Position numbers and translations under genes: made by a program
Notes under the pieces: model-generated
Database searches by the model: none
The model's input: the letters and a program-made list of their open reading frames with translations, nothing else
What the model was told of the DNA's origin: nothing
Shown here: in pieces, positions 10,183-20,437 of the stretch
Numbering within the stretch: the first letter of the stretch is position 1
Layout: the number at the start of each line of letters is the position of its first letter
DNA from: a virus
Length of the DNA: 64,000 nt
Reading direction: 5' to 3' (one strand)
IMG/VR virus record: IMGVR_UViG_3300009523_000001
Location: 53,666-117,665 of that record

Positions 10183-10590
10183 TCACCAGAGGATGTAGGC
10201 TTGCTCGGCGCCGGTTTGGCCCGAGTTGGCGGTGTACTTCCACCGCGCCACTTCGCCGCTCGTGGACAAGGAAACGCTGGTGGCGCTGAAGTCGCCCGGA
10301 GCAGCCGGGTTCTCGATCGTGATCGGCGGGCTCGGGGTAACCACGCACGGGTTGTCCAGGCTGCGCACTTTGATGACGACCACGTCGGCCTCTTGGACGC
10401 TCGCGGCGGAGGGCAGGTTGACGGCGCTCTCCGAGGTGAGCAGGATCCATTGATTCCGTGAGCTCGGTGCGTTGTAGATGTTGGCGTTCGGCCTCGTCCA
10501 CGGGACCGGTCCGGATGAACCGCTTCCACCCGTAGGCGCGGTCGGGTACGTCTCGCTTGCGCGTCGCCCTCGCCCGATGACGAAGCTCAT
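10183..10590 (-). CDS. Small fibre/spike-family protein with shared N-terminal peptide and a beta-rich domain
   Basis: [19 protein letters not shown] start; VNLPSAASVQEADVVVIK resembles phage fibre-tip domains. Confidence 0.7.
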   Translation of the reverse strand: MSFVIGRGRRASETYPTAPTGGSGSSGPVPWTRPNANIYNAPSSRNQWILLTSESAVNLPSAASVQEADVVVIKVRSLDNPCVVTPSPPITIENPAAPGDFSATSVSLSTSGEVARWKYTANSGQTGAEQAYILW

Positions 10591-10594
10591 CGAG

Positions 10595-13500
10595 TTAGCC
10601 CACCCACATCAGGACGACGAGACCACTACCCCCATTTCCACCCCCGCCACCCTCACCACCCGCCGAGCTGCCCGATCCTCCGCCGCCACCACCGCCGCCA
10701 CCACTGCCGGAGTTCGCCAGCGCATTGGTTGCATTGGCACCGTCACCGCCTATGGTGCCTGAGACGGCGTTTCCGTTGCCTCCGGCCGCACCGGGCGACG
10801 CGCTGCCGCCGATGAGGTTGCTGCCACCGCCTCCACCACCACCGAGACCGCCCATCTGGCCCGTGGAGGTAGCTCCCGCAGCACCTGCGGCTCCTCCTGA
10901 GCTACCAACCGCGCTATCGAGTCCTGCACCAAAAGGCGAACCACTGCCACCCGTGCCTGGACCGCCTTGCCCGAGGGCAACACTGTAAAAAAGGTATTCT
11001 ACGGTGGCTGCGCCGGAAGTGATGGGGGGTCCACCGCCAGCCACCCCAGGAGCGGAGGTCGCAACGCTTAGCGGGTTGTTGGTCCCGCCAGAAGCGCCAG
11101 GAAATTCGGCGTACGTGGTGGCGTGCGCGACAGAAAAAACGGTTGACACATTGCCACGGCCTCCGTTGGCATTGGAAGCGGCGCCGGCGCCAGCGCCGCC
11201 CGCACCGATGCTGACGGTGAGCACGTCCCCAGGAACGGTCGAAATCATGGGTTCATACTGCGGAGTGGCGGTTCCACCACCGCCACCCCCGTACGACTGG
11301 CTGGTCCCCACTTGACCCGTCGCACCGCAGGCCCCTCCGCCGCCACCGCCGTAGCCCCACGCCTGCATCGTCGTAACGCCGGCCGGGACGGCGAAGGTCC
11401 CTCCCGCGGTGAATATCTGCGACTTGAGTGTCGCCGTCGAGGCTCCCGCTCCGGTCGGACCCGTGGTTCCTTTGGTGCCCGTCGATCCGGTCGGTCCAGT
11501 GACCGTGGATGCCGCACCGGTCGGGCCGGTGACCGACAGACCGGTCGTCCCCGTCGGTCCGGTCACAGTCGAAGCGGCACCCGTCGGACCTGAAGGGCCC
11601 GTCGGTCCGGTGACGGTCGATGCGGCTCCCGTCGGCCCTGTCGATCCTTTGCCCCCTGTCGGGCCTGTGACGAACGATGCAGCCCCCGTCGGCCCGGTTC
11701 CAAGCGCTCCCGTTGGACCGGTGACGGTCGACGCCGCTCCCGTGGGTCCGGTCGAAGTCGCGCCGGTGGCGCCTGTCGGTCCGGTCGCTCCCGTGGCGGA
11801 CGCCGCGCCCGCCGGTCCCGTGGATCCGGTCGATCCCGATGCCCCCGTTGGACCGGTGATTGTTGACGCCGCTCCTGTCGGACCCGTGACGGTGGACGCA
11901 CCCCCTGTTGGCCCCGTGACGATGGACGCTGCTCCGGTGGGGCCGGTGCTTCCGGTCGATGCAGCCCCCGTCGCGCCGGTCGGGCCGGTGACGGTTGATG
12001 CGGCTCCAGCGGCTCCCGTCGGTCCCGTGGCGATGGCGCCGGTGGCGCCCGCCGGTCCGGTCGCACCCGTGGACGATGCACTGCCTGCAGGTCCGGTCGA
12101 CCCCGACGCACCTGTCGGTCCCGTGACTGTGGATGCAGCACCCGTCGGTCCTGACGTTCCCGTCGGGCCGGTTCCAAGCGGTCCTGTTGCACCCGTTGGG
12201 CCGGTGACGGTGGATGTGGCTCCCGTCGGGCCTGTGGACGCGTGGCCGGTGGCGCCCGTCGGTCCGGTGACGGTGGATGCGGCACCGGTCGGACCCGTGA
12301 TCGATGCTCCGGTCGGTCCCGTGACGGTCGACGTTGCACCGGTCGGCCCGATCGGGCCACCGGACGGTCCGGTGGGGCCGGTCATTCCTTGAATGCCGGC
12401 ACCCCACTCGAGGATGATCTCCGCGCTGCCGCCGTTGCCGCCCGTGCCGCCCACGCCGCCCGTGGAACCGTTGCCGCCCGCGCCAGCGCCTCCTCCTCCT
12501 GCGCCGCTGTTGGCGGGCGCGTTGGATCCTGCTGACCCAGCGACACCGGTTCCGGCCGCACCGTTGCCGCCAGCGCCTCCGGCGCCGCCGATCCCCAGCG
12601 GACCGCCGCCGCCGCCGCCGCCGCCGAACCCGCCCGCCTGACCCGAGATGATCGACCCGTTCGCGCCGCCCGCACCCCCGATGTATCCCGCCGGGTTGTC
12701 GTTGCCGAACGAGGCTGTCGCTGTGTTCGTGAATGCGGCCGACCCGCCGTACCCGCCCTGCGCGGGCGCGAGCTGCGCGAGTGGACCGATGTTTACGACC
12801 GTGAGCCCGTCGGCTGTGACGGGAGGACCGCCACCAGGGCCGGTGCCACTGACGAGATCTTGGGCAGCCGACCCGCCGGAGGCCCCGGCCGCCTGCGCGT
12901 AGACCGTGAGGTGTGCGATCGAGGCGACGCTCGAGAGGCCGCCCGGCGATCCGTTCGATCCGGGCAATAGGGCCGCACCACCCACCCCGCCTGCGCCGCC
13001 GAGTCCGACGGTGAGCTGGAGTGTGTCGCCGGGGATGACCGCGATCATCACCTGCGTGGATTCGAGCGCTCCGCCGCCGCCTCCCCCTCCGTTCGATCCG
13101 TCCGCACTGGCGTTGCCGCCGTTGCCGCCCGCGCCTCCACCTCCGGCGGGGACGATCGTCGCGCGCATGGTCGTGATGCCCGGCGGCACGACGAACGGTT
13201 GCGAAGAAGTGGCGACGAAACTCGCTCCCGGGAAGATCGGTCCGGTGGATCCCGTCGGCCCGGTCGATCCCATCGCTCCCGTCGGGCCGGTGGCCCCCGT
13301 GGCGCCTGTATTCGACGCAGTGCCCGCCGGACCGGTGGATCCCGTCGGCCCGCTCGGGCCGGTCGCTCCCGTGTTGGTCGCTGCACCGGACGCTCCGGTT
13401 GGACCCGTACTTCCGGTCGGGCCCGAAGTTCCCGTCGCACCTGTGTTGGTCGCGCTGCCCGCAGGCCCCGTCGATCCCGTCGATCCCGTTGGACCGGTCG

Positions 13501-14569
13501 TCCCGGTGGCGCCGGTGTTCGATGCGGTGCCTGCCGGACCCACTGAACCCGTTGGGCCGGTCGATCCCGTCGCGCCGGTGTTGGTCGCTGCGCCGGACGC
13601 TCCCGTCGGTCCCGTGCTTCCGGTCGGACCTTTGGTTCCCGTCGCGCCGGTGTTGGACGCGGTGCCTGCCGGTCCCGTTGCTCCCGCTCCCGTCGGTCCG
13701 GTGGCGCCGGTGGCGCCGGTGTTGGACGCGGTGCCTGCCGGACCCGTGGATCCCGTCGTGCCGGTCGGTCCCGTCGCACCGGTATTGGTTGCGCTACCTG
13801 CTGGGCCGGTCGCGCCCGATGCGCCCGTGGGTCCCGTGACTGTGGATGCGGCGCCCGTGGTTCCTGTCGGTCCGGTTCCGAGCGGTCCCGTCACCCCGGT
13901 CGCGCCGGTGACGGTGGATGCGGCTCCGGTTGGGCCCGTGCTTCCGGTCGGACCTTTGGTTCCTGTCGCGCCTGTGTTGGTTGCACTGCCTGCGGGCCCG
14001 GTCGATCCCGTCGATCCCGTGGGCCCCGTGACGGTGGATGCGGCTCCCGTCGGCCCAGACGCTCCCGTCGGACCGGTCCCGAGCGCTCCTGTGGCTCCCG
14101 TCGGACCGGTGATGATCGATGCTGCTCCGGTCGGTCCCGTGTTCCCGGTGGCTCCGGTGGATGCCGCCCCTGTCGGGCCTGTCACTGTCGATGCGGCACC
14201 CGTCGCCCCCGTGCTTCCGGTCGGGCCCGTGGTTCCCGTTGCGCCGGTGTTGGTGGCGCTACCCGCCGGTCCCGTGGCGCCCGACGCGCCGGTCGGTCCC
14301 GTGACGGTCGATGCGGCGCCTGTCGCTCCGGTCGGGCCGGTGGTGGACGGACCGGTCGATCCCGTCGGTCCTGTTACGGTGGATGCAGCCCCTGTTGCAC
14401 CGGTCGGGCCTGTGGTGGACGGACCGGTTGCACCCGTCGAACCAGTCGCCCCGGTCATTCCGGTCGGCCCTTGGCTCGGTCCGGTCGGCCCCGTGCCACC
14501 GCCGCCCGATCCCGGTGCGGTCGGGTACGTCTCGCGTGCGGTCCGTCCGCGGCCGATGATGAAACTCAT
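10595..14569 (-). CDS. Collagen-like fibre protein (Thr-rich GPT/GAT/GST triplets) with two Gly-rich domains, 1324 aa
   Basis: [17 protein letters not shown] start; long G-X-T runs; F(V/A)VP(P/A)G[IV]TTM...GGGGG Gly-rich domains. Confidence 0.85.
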   Translation of the reverse strand: MSFIIGRGRTARETYPTAPGSGGGGTGPTGPSQGPTGMTGATGSTGATGPSTTGPTGATGAASTVTGPTGSTGPSTTGPTGATGAASTVTGPTGASGATGPAGSATNTGATGTTGPTGSTGATGAASTVTGPTGAASTGATGNTGPTGAASIITGPTGATGALGTGPTGASGPTGAASTVTGPTGSTGSTGPAGSATNTGATGTKGPTGSTGPTGAASTVTGATGVTGPLGTGPTGTTGAASTVTGPTGASGATGPAGSATNTGATGPTGTTGSTGPAGTASNTGATGATGPTGAGATGPAGTASNTGATGTKGPTGSTGPTGASGAATNTGATGSTGPTGSVGPAGTASNTGATGTTGPTGSTGSTGPAGSATNTGATGTSGPTGSTGPTGASGAATNTGATGPSGPTGSTGPAGTASNTGATGATGPTGAMGSTGPTGSTGPIFPGASFVATSSQPFVVPPGITTMRATIVPAGGGGAGGNGGNASADGSNGGGGGGGALESTQVMIAVIPGDTLQLTVGLGGAGGVGGAALLPGSNGSPGGLSSVASIAHLTVYAQAAGASGGSAAQDLVSGTGPGGGPPVTADGLTVVNIGPLAQLAPAQGGYGGSAAFTNTATASFGNDNPAGYIGGAGGANGSIISGQAGGFGGGGGGGGPLGIGGAGGAGGNGAAGTGVAGSAGSNAPANSGAGGGGAGAGGNGSTGGVGGTGGNGGSAEIILEWGAGIQGMTGPTGPSGGPIGPTGATSTVTGPTGASITGPTGAASTVTGPTGATGHASTGPTGATSTVTGPTGATGPLGTGPTGTSGPTGAASTVTGPTGASGSTGPAGSASSTGATGPAGATGAIATGPTGAAGAASTVTGPTGATGAASTGSTGPTGAASIVTGPTGGASTVTGPTGAASTITGPTGASGSTGSTGPAGAASATGATGPTGATGATSTGPTGAASTVTGPTGALGTGPTGAASFVTGPTGGKGSTGPTGAASTVTGPTGPSGPTGAASTVTGPTGTTGLSVTGPTGAASTVTGPTGSTGTKGTTGPTGAGASTATLKSQIFTAGGTFAVPAGVTTMQAWGYGGGGGGACGATGQVGTSQSYGGGGGGTATPQYEPMISTVPGDVLTVSIGAGGAGAGAASNANGGRGNVSTVFSVAHATTYAEFPGASGGTNNPLSVATSAPGVAGGGPPITSGAATVEYLFYSVALGQGGPGTGGSGSPFGAGLDSAVGSSGGAAGAAGATSTGQMGGLGGGGGGGSNLIGGSASPGAAGGNGNAVSGTIGGDGANATNALANSGSGGGGGGGGGSGSSAGGEGGGGGNGGSGLVVLMWVG

Positions 14570-14582
14570 TCGGATCTCCCTC

Positions 14583-15764
14583 TCACGCGAGCCACGCGAT
14601 GCGCACTCCTCCCGAGCCTCCGTTGCCGCCCGCCCCTCCGGTGCCTGGAGTAACCGTTCCGTTGCCTCCGGCTCCGCCACCCCCGCCACCCGATCCGCTG
14701 TTGGCGACGGCGCTGTTGCCTGGGCTGCCGTTGACCCCCGTGGTCGATCCTCCGTTACCCCCCGCCCCGCCGGTGGCCCCGTCGCCCGCACCGCCGAAGA
14801 TGTTGGGTCCGCACCCACCTCCGCCGCCGCCGAAGCCGGGGGATCCGGGGGATGCAGTGCCGGTCGCGCCCCCGAGGCCGCCATGCTGCCCGGTGCTGTC
14901 GGGATTGTCGTTGCCGTCGAGGGCGGCGGTATTGCCCACGAGCAGCAGGCCCGACCCTCCTCCCGATCCACCCTGAGCGGGTGAAGTGCTCATGGGCAGG
15001 AAGTTCGTGACGGTGGTGGCGCGGGAGGTCACCGGAGGCCCTCCGCCGGGCGCTGCGGATGCGTCGCCCGATCCGATGGCGGTTCCGCCGGACGCGCCCG
15101 CTGCGACGACTAACGTGAGGGCGTGAGCCAGCGAAACGATGGATGACTCTCCGCCGGGCGACCCGTTGGTGTTGGCCGCACCCCCCGCACCCCCCGCACC
15201 CACGGCGATCGTGAGCGAATCGGCGGGAGTCAACCCCGTCATCACCCCGGTGGCGAGCAGCGATCCGCCGCCTCCCCCTCCCCCATTGGATCCGGTTCCG
15301 CTCGTGGCTCCAGCCTGAGCTCCGGCGCCGCCTCCTCCGCCGCCGTAGATTTCGTAGCTGGCCCCCGTCACTCCTGCGGGCACCACCCACGCTCCGGTGG
15401 CTCCCGTAAAATTCAGCACGTGCAACGTGAGACCACCAGCGCCGGTTGGTCCCGTCGATCCGGCACCGGTGGCACCCGTCGCTCCCGTAGCGCCCGTGGA
15501 CGCGGCTCCCGTCGGACCGGTGGCACCCGTGCCCGATGCGGTTCCTGCGGGACCCGTCGCGCCGGTCGGCCCCGTGACGGTGGACGCGGGGCCCGTCGCG
15601 CCGGTGGGCCCGGATCCTGTCGCTCCCGTAGCTCCAGTCGTTCCTGTTGCCCCCGACGGCCCCTGGCTCGGTCCGGTCGGGCCCGTGCCGCCTCCGCCGC
15701 CCGATCCCAGTGCGGTCGGGTACGTCTCGCGTGCGGTCCGTCCGCGGCCGATGACGAAGCTCAT
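14583..15764 (-). CDS. Collagen-like/Gly-rich fibre protein (short paralog)
   Basis: [20 protein letters not shown] triplets, [25 protein letters not shown] domain. Confidence 0.85.
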   Translation of the reverse strand: MSFVIGRGRTARETYPTALGSGGGGGTGPTGPSQGPSGATGTTGATGATGSGPTGATGPASTVTGPTGATGPAGTASGTGATGPTGAASTGATGATGATGAGSTGPTGAGGLTLHVLNFTGATGAWVVPAGVTGASYEIYGGGGGGAGAQAGATSGTGSNGGGGGGGSLLATGVMTGLTPADSLTIAVGAGGAGGAANTNGSPGGESSIVSLAHALTLVVAAGASGGTAIGSGDASAAPGGGPPVTSRATTVTNFLPMSTSPAQGGSGGGSGLLLVGNTAALDGNDNPDSTGQHGGLGGATGTASPGSPGFGGGGGGCGPNIFGGAGDGATGGAGGNGGSTTGVNGSPGNSAVANSGSGGGGGGAGGNGTVTPGTGGAGGNGGSGGVRIAWLA

Positions 15765-15827
15765 GGTGATGGATTGCCTTGATGACGGTGACTGAGGGGG
15801 TAAAAAAAGGACGCGTAAAGGTAAGAC

Positions 15828-16058
15828 CTATCCCGGAGGAGACTCGTGTTGGTTGGGGGATCGCAGACTGATGGCCTGATCACGAGGACGCGAAGCCCAG
15901 CTCCAGCCGGAGTACTCCGAGTCGTAGACCTTCTGTCCGATCAGGCCCGAGATGTGCGCGAGATGTTCGCGGTACACCGCCTCGTCGAGGAGCTGGCGGG
16001 GTGCGCCGTTCTGGGTAGCACCCGACTTGTTTTTCAGGTTTTTCAATTTTCGGCGCAT
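15828..16058 (-). CDS. Small basic protein, paralog 3 of YREH/SGW/RPRD family
   Basis: MRRKLKNLK...LLDEAVYREH...SGWSWASRPRDQAISLR; AGGAG RBS. Confidence 0.7.
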   Translation of the reverse strand: MRRKLKNLKNKSGATQNGAPRQLLDEAVYREHLAHISGLIGQKVYDSEYSGWSWASRPRDQAISLRSPNQHESPPG

Positions 16059-16077
16059 CGGTTCTCCTTTTTTCGTC

Positions 16078-16299
16078 TCATGACAGCGGCCGTACGTGCC
16101 GCAACGTGATGGCGAAATCGCGCGGGCGGGACGCGTTGCTCCAGCCGCTGAACTGCGCCGGCCAGTGGGTGTCGACGGCGACAAAGTTGCGGTGCTCGCG
16201 GTACGTTGACTCGTCGATGAGCGACCGAGGATGACCGGCGCCGTTGCTGTTCTGCACACCACCGGATTTGCACTTCAAGGTCGTCATTTTTCTACGCAT
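16078..16299 (-). CDS. Small basic protein, paralog 2 of YREH/SGW/RPRD family
   Basis: MRRKMTTLK...LIDESTYREH...SGWSNASRPRDFAITLR. Confidence 0.7.
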   Translation of the reverse strand: MRRKMTTLKCKSGGVQNSNGAGHPRSLIDESTYREHRNFVAVDTHWPAQFSGWSNASRPRDFAITLRHVRPLS

Positions 16300-16832
16300 G
16301 GGACTTCTCCTAATTTTGCCGATTCTCGATCTTCGACGACCTTGTTCATGCTGGCCCGCACGGCCGCCGCCTCCTCGGCCGTGAGCTGCAGGGCCATGTG
16401 CACCCAGTGCGCTCCGGCCGGGGTCTGGGGGTTGGCGAGTCGGATGGCCGGGTCCGGCCACAGGCAGCCGCGGCCGCGAACGGCACCCTTCTGGACGGCT
16501 TCGTCGGTTTGCGCTTGGTACCGACGGAGCGCGTCGATCGGGACCCTCTTTGCGAGCTCCGTCCATTCCGTCATCGGGTCGGCGGGAAGCGCATGGGCAA
16601 CGGCCACCGAGGGACCCATGCTCCCGATGTTCTTGATGTTTCGTAAGCTGATGGCGAAATCACGCGGCCGCCTGGCGTTGGTCCAGCCGCTGTACGCTGG
16701 ATCCCAAGGTGCCGCGAAACTATCCTGAACGGCCCGGTGTTCCCGGTACACCGCCAGGTCAATGAGGGCCCTTGGAGCGCCGTTCTGCGAATGCCCCTGC
16801 TTCGCGCGGAGGGTGGTGAGCCGTCGCCTCAT
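16284..16832 (-). CDS. Paralog 1 of YREH/SGW/RPRD family with C-terminal extension
   Basis: MRRRLTTLR...LIDLAVYREH...SGWTNARRPRDFAISLR; ATGA-coupled. Confidence 0.7.
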   Translation of the reverse strand: MRRRLTTLRAKQGHSQNGAPRALIDLAVYREHRAVQDSFAAPWDPAYSGWTNARRPRDFAISLRNIKNIGSMGPSVAVAHALPADPMTEWTELAKRVPIDALRRYQAQTDEAVQKGAVRGRGCLWPDPAIRLANPQTPAGAHWVHMALQLTAEEAAAVRASMNKVVEDRESAKLGEVPCVEK

Positions 16833-17131
16833 GGGACTTTCTCCTCGTCCGGATCGCCGAGCAGCTTCAAGAGCACGGCGTCCGTACCTATCGACAAAAC
16901 ACTGGTCGCCGCCCCCACCAGGACGGCGTCGACGATGCGGCCGACCAAGACGGCATCCACGCCGTGGCCGTGGTCCACCGATGCGATTCCGCTCGCGCCC
17001 GCCGCGAGACCGATCCACATCCCCATGCACTGGCTGCACCGGAAAAGCGCGGGCCACACCCGCTGCAACGGCCGGAAGATCGTGCCGCGCACGAGAATGA
17101 GGGTCAGGCCGACGAGCGCGACGAAGATCAT
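16829..17131 (-). CDS. Small membrane protein, DUF1360-like
   Basis: Hydrophobic helices around LFRCSQCMGMWIG (CxxC..W). Confidence 0.6.
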   Translation of the reverse strand: MIFVALVGLTLILVRGTIFRPLQRVWPALFRCSQCMGMWIGLAAGASGIASVDHGHGVDAVLVGRIVDAVLVGAATSVLSIGTDAVLLKLLGDPDEEKVP

Positions 17132-17319
17132 CGCCGCTGCGTCGTCAGGAGGCGGACGAGTCGCTCGGCGGCTTCGGGTCGGAGCTTGATCGTGCCGACC
17201 GAACCGGCCTCAGTGTCGGCATCTATCAGCTCGACGGAGCCGTCGTCGAAGAGCTTCACGGTCGGGCATCGGGCATACCCACAACAAAGTTCTTCTTCGT
17301 GAATCTTATTCGATTCCAT
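17128..17319 (-). CDS. Small hypothetical protein (CCGYARCP)
   Basis: ORF coupled to downstream gene; GGAGG RBS. Confidence 0.6.
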   Translation of the reverse strand: MESNKIHEEELCCGYARCPTVKLFDDGSVELIDADTEAGSVGTIKLRPEAAERLVRLLTTQRR

Positions 17320-17401
17320 GATACAGACCTCCAGCATTGAAATAGCCCCGCGCCGTGCAACCGGCCGGGGCCTGGCTCGACCTCACGGAAGGAGGCGAAC
17401 G

Positions 17402-18091
17402 ATGGGAACGTACCACGCTTGTCTCGAATGCAACGCGTCGCTGGCTGGGAAACGGGCAGGAACCAGAAGCCCGAGACAGTTCTGCGACAAGAGTTGCGCG
17501 CAGAGTTACCGAAACAGACTTCGGGCTACGCGCACCGCAACTCCACCACCATCGGTTGCCGGTGCTCGATGGATCGCACTGACGAAGAGCATGTTCGCTT
17601 TGGTCGACGAAGCCGATTTTGCCGACGTGTCTCGGTGGAACTGGTGCGCCATTCGTTCGCGCAGCAAAGCGGGCGGTCTTTACTCCTGGTACGCCATCCG
17701 CGGTAGAGCACCAAGTGACGCAGGCGGAAAGAAGGCTCCCGTTTCCTTGCACCGATACCTTCTCGGCGAACCACCCGAAGAGGTAGACCACTGCAACCGA
17801 GACGGTCTGGACAACCGCAGAGAGAACCTTCGTAAGGCGACCACTCAGCAGAACATGATGAACTCGCCGAGTCGTAGAGGTTCGTCGAAGTTCAAGGGTG
17901 TGTCGTGGTGGGTTCGAGATCGAAACTGGCGCGCATCGATCCGATCCGACTACAAAACGATCCACCTCGGACGATTCACCACCGAAGAGGACGCCGCGCT
18001 GGCGTACGACGAGGCCGCGCGCCGACTGCACGGCGAGTTCGCCCGCGTCAACTTCCCTCGTGACGGTGAACGGTCCGCTCTGCATGACTGA
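17402..18091 (+). CDS. HNH homing-type endonuclease with AP2 DNA-binding domain and N-terminal Zn finger
   Basis: ALVDEADF, VDHCNRDGLDNRRENLR (HNH), SKFKGVSW...HLGRFTTEEDAALAYDEAA (AP2); AAGGAGG RBS. Confidence 0.9.
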   Translation: MGTYHACLECNASLAGKRAGTRSPRQFCDKSCAQSYRNRLRATRTATPPPSVAGARWIALTKSMFALVDEADFADVSRWNWCAIRSRSKAGGLYSWYAIRGRAPSDAGGKKAPVSLHRYLLGEPPEEVDHCNRDGLDNRRENLRKATTQQNMMNSPSRRGSSKFKGVSWWVRDRNWRASIRSDYKTIHLGRFTTEEDAALAYDEAARRLHGEFARVNFPRDGERSALHD

Positions 18092-18140
18092 TCTTCTTGT
18101 CCGTGTCTACGGTACCACGCGGCTCAACCGCGCTACAATC

Positions 18141-18187
18141 ACCGAACTAGGGAATACTCAGGACATACTTGGGTATGTCCGTTGACG
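18141..18187. promoter_or_regulatory. Conserved ~40-bp motif, copy 2 (GGACATAC-TTGG-GTATGTCC)
   Basis: Aligns with 1931 and 30891 copies; abuts a -35 box. Confidence 0.6.
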
Positions 18188-18211
18188 ATTCGCTGAGTCC
18201 CGCGCTACCGT
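18182..18211 (+). promoter_or_regulatory. Putative promoter TTGACG-N18-TACCGT, probably leaderless into ATG 18218
   Basis: -35/-10-like hexamers; ATG 6 nt after the -10. Confidence 0.45.
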
Positions 18212-18217
18212 GACGGA

Positions 18218-18631
18218 ATGCTCGCAACCGCCCTGGAGTTCGCCCCCGGAACGACCCCCGACTGCAAGCGCCTCGTGACGCGACTCTTCCAAGAGCCCGG
18301 CGCGGTGCTCGGCGCGTACCGCGCGGCGCGTCAGCAGTTTCGAACCGGTGACATCGTCCTCGAGACCGCGGAGTACGATCCGTCCGGGTTCAAGGCGATG
18401 CCGCGCGCACGCTACGTCGACACCAAACGGAGCGATCCCAACGGCGCCAAAATTATCAACGCCCTCACGATCGCGCACCAGTCAGCCCACAAGGTCGCGA
18501 GCCTGCCGTGGGAGGCGGACGCCTTCTGGCTCGTGATCAACCTGCGCGACGACATGCCGGTGATGATCGCCCTCTTCGCGGCTCCGTACGCGACCGGTCG
18601 CGACGCGCGCGAGCCGATGATCCTGAGCTAA
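18218..18631 (+). CDS. Hypothetical protein
   Basis: Coding-like 137-aa ORF with upstream promoter. Confidence 0.65.
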   Translation: MLATALEFAPGTTPDCKRLVTRLFQEPGAVLGAYRAARQQFRTGDIVLETAEYDPSGFKAMPRARYVDTKRSDPNGAKIINALTIAHQSAHKVASLPWEADAFWLVINLRDDMPVMIALFAAPYATGRDAREPMILS

Positions 18632-18683
18632 ACCTCACCGGTCTCGACTTGACCTAGACCTCAAACGCGACTACATTTGCGGC

Positions 18684-19031
18684 ATGCAGTTGACCATCGA
18701 GTTCGACCGTGAGGGAGGTCGGTACGTCGCTGACGTGCGGGAATTGCCCGGTTGCCATGCCTATGGCCACACACGGGCCGAGGCGGACGCACGTGTGCGC
18801 GTGTTGGCGCTGCGCATTCTTGCCGATGATGTAGAGCGAGGGGCGCTGCGAACGGAGGACATCGAAGAACTGTTCTTCGGTACAGCCAGTCTCCCCGGTC
18901 GAAGACCTCGCCTCTTCGAGGCGGCGAACGTACCCAATGCCAAGACGATCGCGGCGATGCGCGAGCCGCGTCGAGGGCCGCGTTTCGCCAGCATCGAGGA
19001 GCTTCTGGCGGATCTGCATGCGGAAGATTGA
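18684..19031 (+). CDS. Chimeric antitoxin: HicB-like N-terminus plus DinJ/RelB-like C-terminus
   Basis: YVADVRELPGCHAYGHTRAEA (HicB); VPNAKTIAAMRE...RFASIEELLADL (DinJ/RelB tail). Confidence 0.7.
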   Translation: MQLTIEFDREGGRYVADVRELPGCHAYGHTRAEADARVRVLALRILADDVERGALRTEDIEELFFGTASLPGRRPRLFEAANVPNAKTIAAMREPRRGPRFASIEELLADLHAED

Positions 19032-19302
19032 GCGAACCACCGCGTTCAAGCGTGACTTCAAGCGAGAGATGCGGGGACAGCATGGGCCAACTCTCGATCA
19101 GCGACTCGCAGCGATCTTGGTCCCATTGTCGAACGACGCGCTGTTGCCTGAGTCCTGCAGAGACCACGCGCTGAGTGGCGAGTGGTCCGGTCACCGTGAA
19201 TGTCACGTGCGGCCAGACCTGCTGCTCGTCTACGACAAGCCAGACAAGAACACGCTGCTACTCGAACGCCTTGGGTCGCACGCGGAACTGTTCGGCAAAT
19301 GA
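19018..19302 (+). CDS. yafQ: YafQ-family (RelE superfamily) mRNA interferase toxin
   Basis: MRKIERTTAFKRDFKR...DHALSGEWSGHRECHVRPDLLLVY...RLGSHAELF. Confidence 0.9.
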   Translation: MRKIERTTAFKRDFKREMRGQHGPTLDQRLAAILVPLSNDALLPESCRDHALSGEWSGHRECHVRPDLLLVYDKPDKNTLLLERLGSHAELFGK

Positions 19303-19499
19303 AGACGGTTCCTCGGACAATGGCGCTGCGCGAGGTGAAGACTCGTCTCAGCGAGGCGGTCGACTCTTCACAAGGCAGTTACGTGCTGGTGACCAGGCAC
19401 GGGCGACCTGTCGCGGTCCTTGTTGGCGTCGAGGGGATTGACCTGACCGAGGTGGCTACGCTCGGTGCCACGCTGGCTTCTCTCTACCCCGTCAAGTAA
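19299..19499 (+). CDS. Phd/YefM-family antitoxin
   Basis: LREVKTRLSEAVD...VLVTRHGRPVAVLV; ATGA-coupled. Confidence 0.8.
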   Translation: MKTVPRTMALREVKTRLSEAVDSSQGSYVLVTRHGRPVAVLVGVEGIDLTEVATLGATLASLYPVK

Positions 19500-19508
19500 A
19501 ACAAGGGA

Positions 19509-19811
19509 CTACTTTACGACGGCGCCGACGACGCCGCCCGCGACCGCGGTGGCAGCGAGGATTTTCCAGTTGCGCTGCAGGCGCGTGGCGACGCCGCGGA
19601 CGCCGCCGAGGTTGGTCCCCTCCCCGAAGAACGTCGTCGCAAAGGCGGCGGCGGCGGCGGACATCGCGGCGCCGCCGACGAAGGCCCCCACCTTGCCAGC
19701 GGGCACGGAGAGGATGCTCGATTCCGCCGCAGGTTTGGCGAAAGTGCTCTGCGGCGCGAGGCCCACGCCGAACCCGGGAGCCGGTCGGCCGCCGAACTGG
19801 ATGCGTTCCAT
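19509..19811 (-). CDS. Small membrane protein with GRPxxGFGVG leader (putative virion protein)
   Basis: MERIQFGGRPAPGFGVG; two hydrophobic helices. Confidence 0.65.
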   Translation of the reverse strand: MERIQFGGRPAPGFGVGLAPQSTFAKPAAESSILSVPAGKVGAFVGGAAMSAAAAAFATTFFGEGTNLGGVRGVATRLQRNWKILAATAVAGGVVGAVVK

Positions 19812-19844
19812 GCCCTCGAGCGTACGACGGTTCGGCGAGCGCGT

Positions 19845-20417
19845 CTACGCAGTCGCGCGGGTGCGGGCGGCCGCCGCCAGCGCCACGCCTCCAACGACGA
19901 CGACGGCACCGCTCACAAGCAGGACGGTGGTCGTGTTCTCCGCGAACCAATCGAGAAAGCCGCCCTGCTGGGGCGCATCGGATGCAGGGGGAGACCCTCC
20001 CGGCAGTCTCGGAGGCGGCGCGGATCCTCTCGGCACCGTCTTTGATGCGAGAGACGCCGCAAGGCTCGCTGCCTGCTGGTAGGCGTCGATCATGTCGTGG
20101 ACGATCCCCTTCGCCATCTCCACGTCCGAACCGGTAGCCCCCGTGATGTTCGCGAGCTCTCCGTTCTTCTGCCACACGAGCTGCGTCCTCTTCATGACGT
20201 CGGGGCTGCCGCCGGACAGCGCGTCGATGGCGGGACCCACGACACTGACCGCCGCGTTTCCCGCCGCCTGCAGGTCGGCGACTGCTTTGTTCGGATTGGT
20301 GATTCTCGGGCTGCGGTACTGCGCGAACGCAGCCTGCAGCGCTGCGATGCCCGGACCGATGACATCGGGCGCGCCCACGCCGAACCAGGCCACCGGTCGG
20401 CCGTTGAACTGGAGCAT
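19845..20417 (-). CDS. C-terminally anchored membrane protein with GRPVAWFGVG leader
   Basis: MLQFNGRPVAWFGVG; C-terminal TM VLLVSGAVVVVGGVALAAA plus Arg tail. Confidence 0.7.
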   Translation of the reverse strand: MLQFNGRPVAWFGVGAPDVIGPGIAALQAAFAQYRSPRITNPNKAVADLQAAGNAAVSVVGPAIDALSGGSPDVMKRTQLVWQKNGELANITGATGSDVEMAKGIVHDMIDAYQQAASLAASLASKTVPRGSAPPPRLPGGSPPASDAPQQGGFLDWFAENTTTVLLVSGAVVVVGGVALAAAARTRATA

Positions 20418-20437
20418 GCGGACCAGCGTACGCCGCT

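Noticed and set aside
10595-15764. Repetitive DNA resembling an array
   Set aside because: In-frame collagen coding repeats; no constant repeat with unique spacers, so not CRISPR.
11409-15795. Long plus-strand PVGPV-rich ORFs (11409..12392, 12906..14984, 15397..15795)
   Set aside because: Antisense shadows of the collagen G-X-T codons.
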